Origin: Calditrichia bacterium
Lineage (GTDB): Bacteria > Calditrichota > Calditrichia > RBG-13-44-9
Reading direction: 5' to 3'
NCBI GenBank assembly: GCA_037381445.1
Contig: JARRQT010000110.1
Location: 1-10,654 of the forward strand
Length of the DNA stretch: 10,654 nucleotides
Made by a program: the position numbers and the translations under genes. Below, in pieces: positions 5,880-10,654 of the stretch. Positions within the stretch are counted from its first letter, which is position 1. Every line of letters begins with the position of its first letter. The notes beneath the pieces are model-generated. The model did not search any database. It was given only the letters and a program-made list of their open reading frames with translations, and had not been told where the DNA came from.

Positions 5880-8612
5880 ATGAATATCAGATTAACGCAA
5901 TACTTCGCAACAAAGGCCAATTTCGTTTCACAAAAAGGCCGCCGTCCGGGACCCGCAAAAATATTAACAATCTTCTTCACCCTGTTTTTTCTTTTGCTGT
6001 CCGGCAGCAGTTTGTCCGCTCAGTCCGGTCAAAATGTCCTGCGCGCAACGCTGGACAACGGCCTGAGGGTGGTGATTGTACGCAACACCCTGGCACCGGC
6101 GGTGACGACAGTGATGAATTACCAGGTGGGTTCGGATGAAGCACCGGCCGGATTTCCGGGAATGGCCCATGCGCAGGAGCACATGATGTTCAGGGGCAGC
6201 CCCGGACTGACGGCAAATCAACTGGCAGACATTTCAGCCGCCATGGGCGGTGATTTCGACGCCGATACCCGGCAGATGGTGACCCAGTATTTCTTCACGG
6301 TGCCTGCCGAAGATATCGATGTGGCGCTGCATATCGAGGCCATCCGCATGCGGGGAGTGCTGGATACCGAAAAGTTGTGGGAAAAGGAACGCGGCGCCAT
6401 CGAACAGGAAGTCGCCCAGGACCTTTCGAACCCGGAATATGTCTTCTACACCAAACTGCTGGCGGCCATGTTTAAGGGAACCGTTTACGCGCATGACGCT
6501 TTGGGGACTAAATCGTCCTTTAATGAAACAACCGGCGCGATGCTGAAGAGATTTCACGATAAATGGTATGCACCGAACAATGCAATTCTGGTAATCGTGG
6601 GAGATGTTCAGCCGGAGGCAACGTTGGAAAAGGTCAAAACCCTTTTCACCCAGATTCCAACCAAAAAATTACCGCCCCGTCCCGAATTTCACTTTCAGAC
6701 AGTGCCTGCCGAAACGTTAAATCTGAAAACCGATCTCCCCTACGGTCTGGCGGTCATATCCTTCCGCATGCCCGGTTCTGACAGCCCGGATTATGCCGCC
6801 GCCCAAATACTGTCCGATGTGCTGAGCAGTCAGAGGGGCGACCTGTACGCGCTGGTACCGGAAGGAAAGGCGCTCTACGCGGGGTTTTCCATGAATGCCC
6901 TGCCCAAGGCGGGCCTCGGGTATGCGCTGGCGGCCTATCCCAAAGGGGCCGATGCGCAGGCACTGCTGACCGATATGCACAGCATTCTTCTGGAAACCCT
7001 GAAAAAAGGAGTATCGTCCGACTTGGTGGAAGCAGCCAAACGGCAGGAACTGGCGGCCGCGGAATTTCAGAAGAATTCAATCTCGGGACTGGCAATGGCA
7101 TGGTCCGATGCCCTGGCGGTAGAGGGAAGAAACTCTCCTGAGGCGGATGTGCAGGCCATGCAGAAAGTCACCGTGGAAGATGTAAACCGGGTGGCGGAAA
7201 AATATTTGCTGATGGATCACGCTATCACCGCCATTCTGACTCCCGAAGTGTCCGGAAAGCCTGTCTCTTCCAAGGGATTCGGCGGGACTGAATCTTTTGC
7301 GCCTCAGAAGACCACCGCGGTGAAACTGCCGGAATGGGCCGAGAAAGCCCTGAAGCGGCTGGAGGTCCCGGCTTCCACCATCAGTCCGAAAGTGAGTGAT
7401 CTGCCCAACGGTATAAAATTGATTGTGCAGCAGGAAAACATCAGCAATACCATCAGCGTCTACGGACATATCCGGCATAATGCCGATCTGCAGGTACCCC
7501 GGGGACAGGAAGGCGTCGGCCAGGTGCTGGACCAGTTGTTTTCCTACGGAACGACCTCCCTTGACCGGCTGGCCTTCCAGAAAGCGCTCGACGACATCGG
7601 CGCCAGCGAATCGGCGGGGACAAGTTTTTCGGTTGAGGTGCTGGCCGATCATTTTGACCGGGGCGTTCAGTTACTGGCCGACAATCAGCTTCACCCCGCG
7701 CTCCCCGAAAAAGCTTTCATGATTACGCGGCAGCAGCTCGCCTCCACCGTAGCGGGTCAGCTGCAGAGTCCGGATTATCTCGCCAGCCGCGCGCTGGACA
7801 GCGCCCTGGTCCCCGACCACGATCCCACTCTGCGCCAGGCCACACCGGCCTCCGTTTCCTCGCTGATGCTGCCGCATGTGAAGGATTACTATAAAAAAGT
7901 TTTCCGGCCCGATATGACCACGATTGTCGTTATCGGAAAAATATCCCCGGAAGAGGCCCAAAAGGTAATAGAAAAATATTTCGGGGAATGGAAAGCTGAA
8001 GGCCCGAAGCCCGATGTCGAGCTGCCCTCCATTCCGGTGAACAAACCGTCAACCACCATGGTGCCCGATGCAAGCCGCGTGCAGGACCAGGTGACGCTCG
8101 CCGAAACGATCGAAATCACCCGCTCCAATCCCGATTATTACGCGCTGCAATTGGGGAATCATGTGCTGGGCGGCGCATTTTATGCCACCCGGCTCTACCG
8201 TGATCTGCGCGAAGAAAACGGATTGGTTTACTATGTTTCTTCCTCCTTCGATATCGGTAAAACCAGAGCATTCTACGAGGTGAATTATGGATGCGATCCG
8301 CCGAATGTTGCAAAGGCTCGCAGCATCATTCAGCGCGATTTAGAAGAGATGCAGCAAAAACCGGTGACGCCCGATGAGCTGAATCAGGCCAAAGCATTAC
8401 TGCTGCGGGAAATTCCGCTATCGGAATCCAGTATTAACAGCATTGCGGGCGGTTTGATTTCCCGCGCCACTCACGACCTGCCGCTGGATGAGCCCACAGT
8501 GGCCGCTCATAAATACATGAAATTGACGGCGGATCAGGTAAAAGAAGCTTTTGCAAAATGGCTGCGTCCCAGCGATCTGGTTCAGGTCACGCAGGGACCC
8601 GCGCCGAAATAA
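5880..8612 (+). CDS. exported M16 family (pitrilysin/insulinase-like) zinc peptidase, single chain with two halves (910 aa)
   Basis: TLDNGLRV start and inverted zinc motif HAQEH (6168-6182) in PGMAHAQEHMMFRGS, with distal Glu region ERGAIEQE and WYAPNNAILVIVGD. The second half begins LPNGIKL, lacks HxxEH and carries the substrate-binding RLYRDLREENGLVY. N-terminal hydrophobic signal peptide. SD GGAGG at 5870-5874. Confidence 0.95.
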   Translation: MNIRLTQYFATKANFVSQKGRRPGPAKILTIFFTLFFLLLSGSSLSAQSGQNVLRATLDNGLRVVIVRNTLAPAVTTVMNYQVGSDEAPAGFPGMAHAQEHMMFRGSPGLTANQLADISAAMGGDFDADTRQMVTQYFFTVPAEDIDVALHIEAIRMRGVLDTEKLWEKERGAIEQEVAQDLSNPEYVFYTKLLAAMFKGTVYAHDALGTKSSFNETTGAMLKRFHDKWYAPNNAILVIVGDVQPEATLEKVKTLFTQIPTKKLPPRPEFHFQTVPAETLNLKTDLPYGLAVISFRMPGSDSPDYAAAQILSDVLSSQRGDLYALVPEGKALYAGFSMNALPKAGLGYALAAYPKGADAQALLTDMHSILLETLKKGVSSDLVEAAKRQELAAAEFQKNSISGLAMAWSDALAVEGRNSPEADVQAMQKVTVEDVNRVAEKYLLMDHAITAILTPEVSGKPVSSKGFGGTESFAPQKTTAVKLPEWAEKALKRLEVPASTISPKVSDLPNGIKLIVQQENISNTISVYGHIRHNADLQVPRGQEGVGQVLDQLFSYGTTSLDRLAFQKALDDIGASESAGTSFSVEVLADHFDRGVQLLADNQLHPALPEKAFMITRQQLASTVAGQLQSPDYLASRALDSALVPDHDPTLRQATPASVSSLMLPHVKDYYKKVFRPDMTTIVVIGKISPEEAQKVIEKYFGEWKAEGPKPDVELPSIPVNKPSTTMVPDASRVQDQVTLAETIEITRSNPDYYALQLGNHVLGGAFYATRLYRDLREENGLVYYVSSSFDIGKTRAFYEVNYGCDPPNVAKARSIIQRDLEEMQQKPVTPDELNQAKALLLREIPLSESSINSIAGGLISRATHDLPLDEPTVAAHKYMKLTADQVKEAFAKWLRPSDLVQVTQGPAPK

Positions 8613-8690
8613 CCGGCGCAACGGCTTTCGCTTGAAAAGCCATATAAGCAGAATTATCAGACACCCTGGAAGTTTGTTCAGGAAGGAGTA

Positions 8691-9761
8691 TCAAACCGGC
8701 GGCCACAACCAGAGCTCGGGGGCGGCCGCTATTTCTTTTCCGTGCGCAATCGCCCTATGGATTAAACGGGGCGAAAAGTCGGTGGTCGGATTCCGCTTTC
8801 CCGGCTCCTGTTCCTCATCAAACCACTCCCGCGGCGCCAGCATATAGATGGGAACAGTCCGGCGGTTCATTTTCTTCAGAATGGCATGAACCTCTTCAAC
8901 AGATGAACTGAGTCTCTTCGTTATGGATACCCCTTCTTGGATCATTTGCTTCAGGGCATTCATGGCGCTGTTTACTTGATTCCATTTCAGGAATTCCCGC
9001 AGATCCTGCAGATAAATCTCGTCCGTCAAAATATCAAGGGTGCGCTCCAGGACATCCAGTCCGGTAATTCTGGTGCCGATAAGATTATCTTCCCACTGTT
9101 CGTATTTATATACATCCACCCCGGAATCGGGTAAGCGGTTTCCTTCCCTGATCAGCCGGGAGGTCAGCAGAACGTAGATCTCATCCGGCTCCTCGCGCAG
9201 AATATTCATAAGCGGAGTGATATTTCTCAGCCCCCCGTCCACCAGTATGTTCTTCTCGGGTTTAATATTCACCATGGGGAATACCACCGGAATGGAAGCC
9301 GATGCGACAAGTTTGTCGATAAAATTCGGCTCAAGAGGACTCCACTCGGAATACCGGCCGCTGGTGATAGAAACCGTGCCCACGGCAAAATTACGGCCGG
9401 ATTGTTTAATCTGGTCCAGGGACAAATTATCTCTGATGATTTCCTTCAATGGCGAGAAGGAATACAGACTATCGGCACCCAGCGCCAGGCCAATCTCTCC
9501 CAGCCTTTTCTTATAAACGCTGTGGTTGCCGGTGATTTTCTTGGTCCAAATTCTTTTTAATTCGTCTACCTTTTCGGTGAGATTCGCCCGGGAATCATCC
9601 TTAGTGGAAGCCTGGGCCAGAAAAGAGGCATTCAGCGCGCCGACGCTGACTCCCCGGATAATCTGAAAGTCCAGTCCTGCCTTTCCAACCAACTGTTCCA
9701 GCATGCCGACCTGGTAAGCACCCCTTGCCCCGCCTCCCGATAACACCAGCGCCCTTCTCAT
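8691..9761 (-). CDS. patatin-like phospholipase (about 356 aa)
   Basis: ALVLSGGGARGAYQVG oxyanion motif, nucleophile GVSVG (9639-9653), ASASIPVVFP, and catalytic DGG (9231-9239). AAGGAG lies 4 nt before ATG 9761. The alternative start is 9782. Confidence 0.93.
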   Translation of the reverse strand: MRRALVLSGGGARGAYQVGMLEQLVGKAGLDFQIIRGVSVGALNASFLAQASTKDDSRANLTEKVDELKRIWTKKITGNHSVYKKRLGEIGLALGADSLYSFSPLKEIIRDNLSLDQIKQSGRNFAVGTVSITSGRYSEWSPLEPNFIDKLVASASIPVVFPMVNIKPEKNILVDGGLRNITPLMNILREEPDEIYVLLTSRLIREGNRLPDSGVDVYKYEQWEDNLIGTRITGLDVLERTLDILTDEIYLQDLREFLKWNQVNSAMNALKQMIQEGVSITKRLSSSVEEVHAILKKMNRRTVPIYMLAPREWFDEEQEPGKRNPTTDFSPRLIHRAIAHGKEIAAAPELWLWPPV

Positions 9762-10004
9762 TCCGCTCCTTATTCCATTCATCTGTTTGGTTGAACCATC
9801 GCCCCTTTTTCAGCCGGCCGATCCGCATCAGGCATATTCTTTATTTGTATTATTCTCAACTCCGGAGGATGTCCCAACCTACGACAACATCAAGTCAAAC
9901 CGAAACAGACCAAACCGTTCACAGCCAAAATATTTTTGTTATCAATGCTGATGCGGAAAAAGAGATAAGTCACTACTCAATATCCCAAGACCGGAAAATC
10001 AGAC

Positions 10005-10580
10005 TCACTGCTCACCGCTTAATTTATCGATGATATGAACGGTGCGGAGTAGACCGCCGGGCAGACGCAGATGAATTGCCAGCGAAGCAATCATCCCCCA
10101 TATCAGCGAAACGAACATCACAAAATTTAGGATTCCGGGTATTGTCAGAAGCTCAATTTTCATAAGCACAATCATGGACCCGAAATTGAAGGCAAAATCC
10201 AGCAGAAGCAGCAGGAAGGTGATCAAAAAATACCAGGGACGTCTGGCATACGCCAGTACCAGTGCTGCAATAAAAAGAAGCTGACGACTAATGAGAAAAA
10301 ATATAATCTGGCCCATTCCCGCAATCGGGTTATGGATGTAGAAATAGGCGGCAGGGACATTTATAAAAAGAAGAATCCACAGAGTTATTTCGAGACTCAA
10401 CAAAAGCAGCCGGCTTTTTTCCAGGTCATCAAGATGTCCGATCCAGTGCGCGGCCTTATCAATCTCCGATTGGGAAAATCTTTCGCTGAGATTCTGCGGG
10501 TCGGGGGAATTCTCCTCTTCTTTTTTCATACGAAAATAAACCGCCTTCACCACATCTCCGAACCGATCATGTTCCCTCAT
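10005..10580 (-). CDS. hypothetical membrane protein (about 191 aa): charged N-terminal region plus about 4 TM helices
   Basis: GGAG lies 7 nt upstream of ATG 10580, favoured over TTG 10604. The first ~55 residues are hydrophilic and are followed by four hydrophobic segments. No family recognised. Confidence 0.7.
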   Translation of the reverse strand: MREHDRFGDVVKAVYFRMKKEEENSPDPQNLSERFSQSEIDKAAHWIGHLDDLEKSRLLLLSLEITLWILLFINVPAAYFYIHNPIAGMGQIIFFLISRQLLFIAALVLAYARRPWYFLITFLLLLLDFAFNFGSMIVLMKIELLTIPGILNFVMFVSLIWGMIASLAIHLRLPGGLLRTVHIIDKLSGEQ

Positions 10581-10654
10581 GACTAATCTCCGTTTTATGG
10601 TCAAAAAATGTTTCGAGATTTTAGTCGCAGATATTTAAGACATTTTTTCATTCC

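Noticed and set aside
5934..5954. Twin-arginine KGRRPGP in the M16 leader as a Tat signal
   Set aside because: It does not match S/T-R-R-x-F-L-K, so Sec export is more plausible.
8623..8641. Hairpin GGCTTT/AAAGCC between the convergent M16 and patatin genes
   Set aside because: The stem is weak and has no U tract on either strand, so it is not called as a terminator.
9775..9805. Minus-strand GGCGATGGTTC...GATGA resembling a fluoride riboswitch
   Set aside because: The TCGCC partner strand and the pseudoknot complement are missing, and the downstream gene is unrelated to fluoride.
9869..10033. Plus-strand 54-aa ORF MSQPTTTSS... after GGAGG
   Set aside because: GGAGG abuts the ATG with no spacer, and the ORF overlaps the end of the 4-TM gene.
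1..10654. CRISPR arrays, tandem repeats, tRNA/rRNA, IS elements and prophage genes
   Set aside because: Reading both strands by eye showed no regularly spaced repeats, cloverleaf or rRNA signatures, or transposase, integrase or phage motifs.

Overview
A bacterial chromosomal segment with GC-rich coding regions and AT-rich spacers, made of mostly unrelated genes. There is no evident transposase, integrase, CRISPR array, tRNA or rRNA. In order: the 5' tip of a minus-strand exported-protein gene cut by the window edge, a DUF1614-like membrane protein, an EamA/DMT transporter, an OsmC-family protein whose second conserved Cys appears replaced by Phe, an 8-Cys putative zinc-binding hypothetical protein, a PolX-N-terminus-like triple helix-hairpin-helix protein with no polymerase palm but an unexplained C-terminal domain, an MTH1187/YkoF thiamine-binding-fold protein, fxsA (minus), a 910-aa exported M16 zinc peptidase, a patatin-like phospholipase (minus) and a 4-TM hypothetical protein (minus). 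The best leads are the polymerase-less, probably lyase-dead PolX-like protein, the Cys-rich protein beside it and the altered OsmC active site. Several structured intergenic regions are weaker leads. I cannot demonstrate a complete new system from sequence alone. All family calls come from motif recognition, not database searches.
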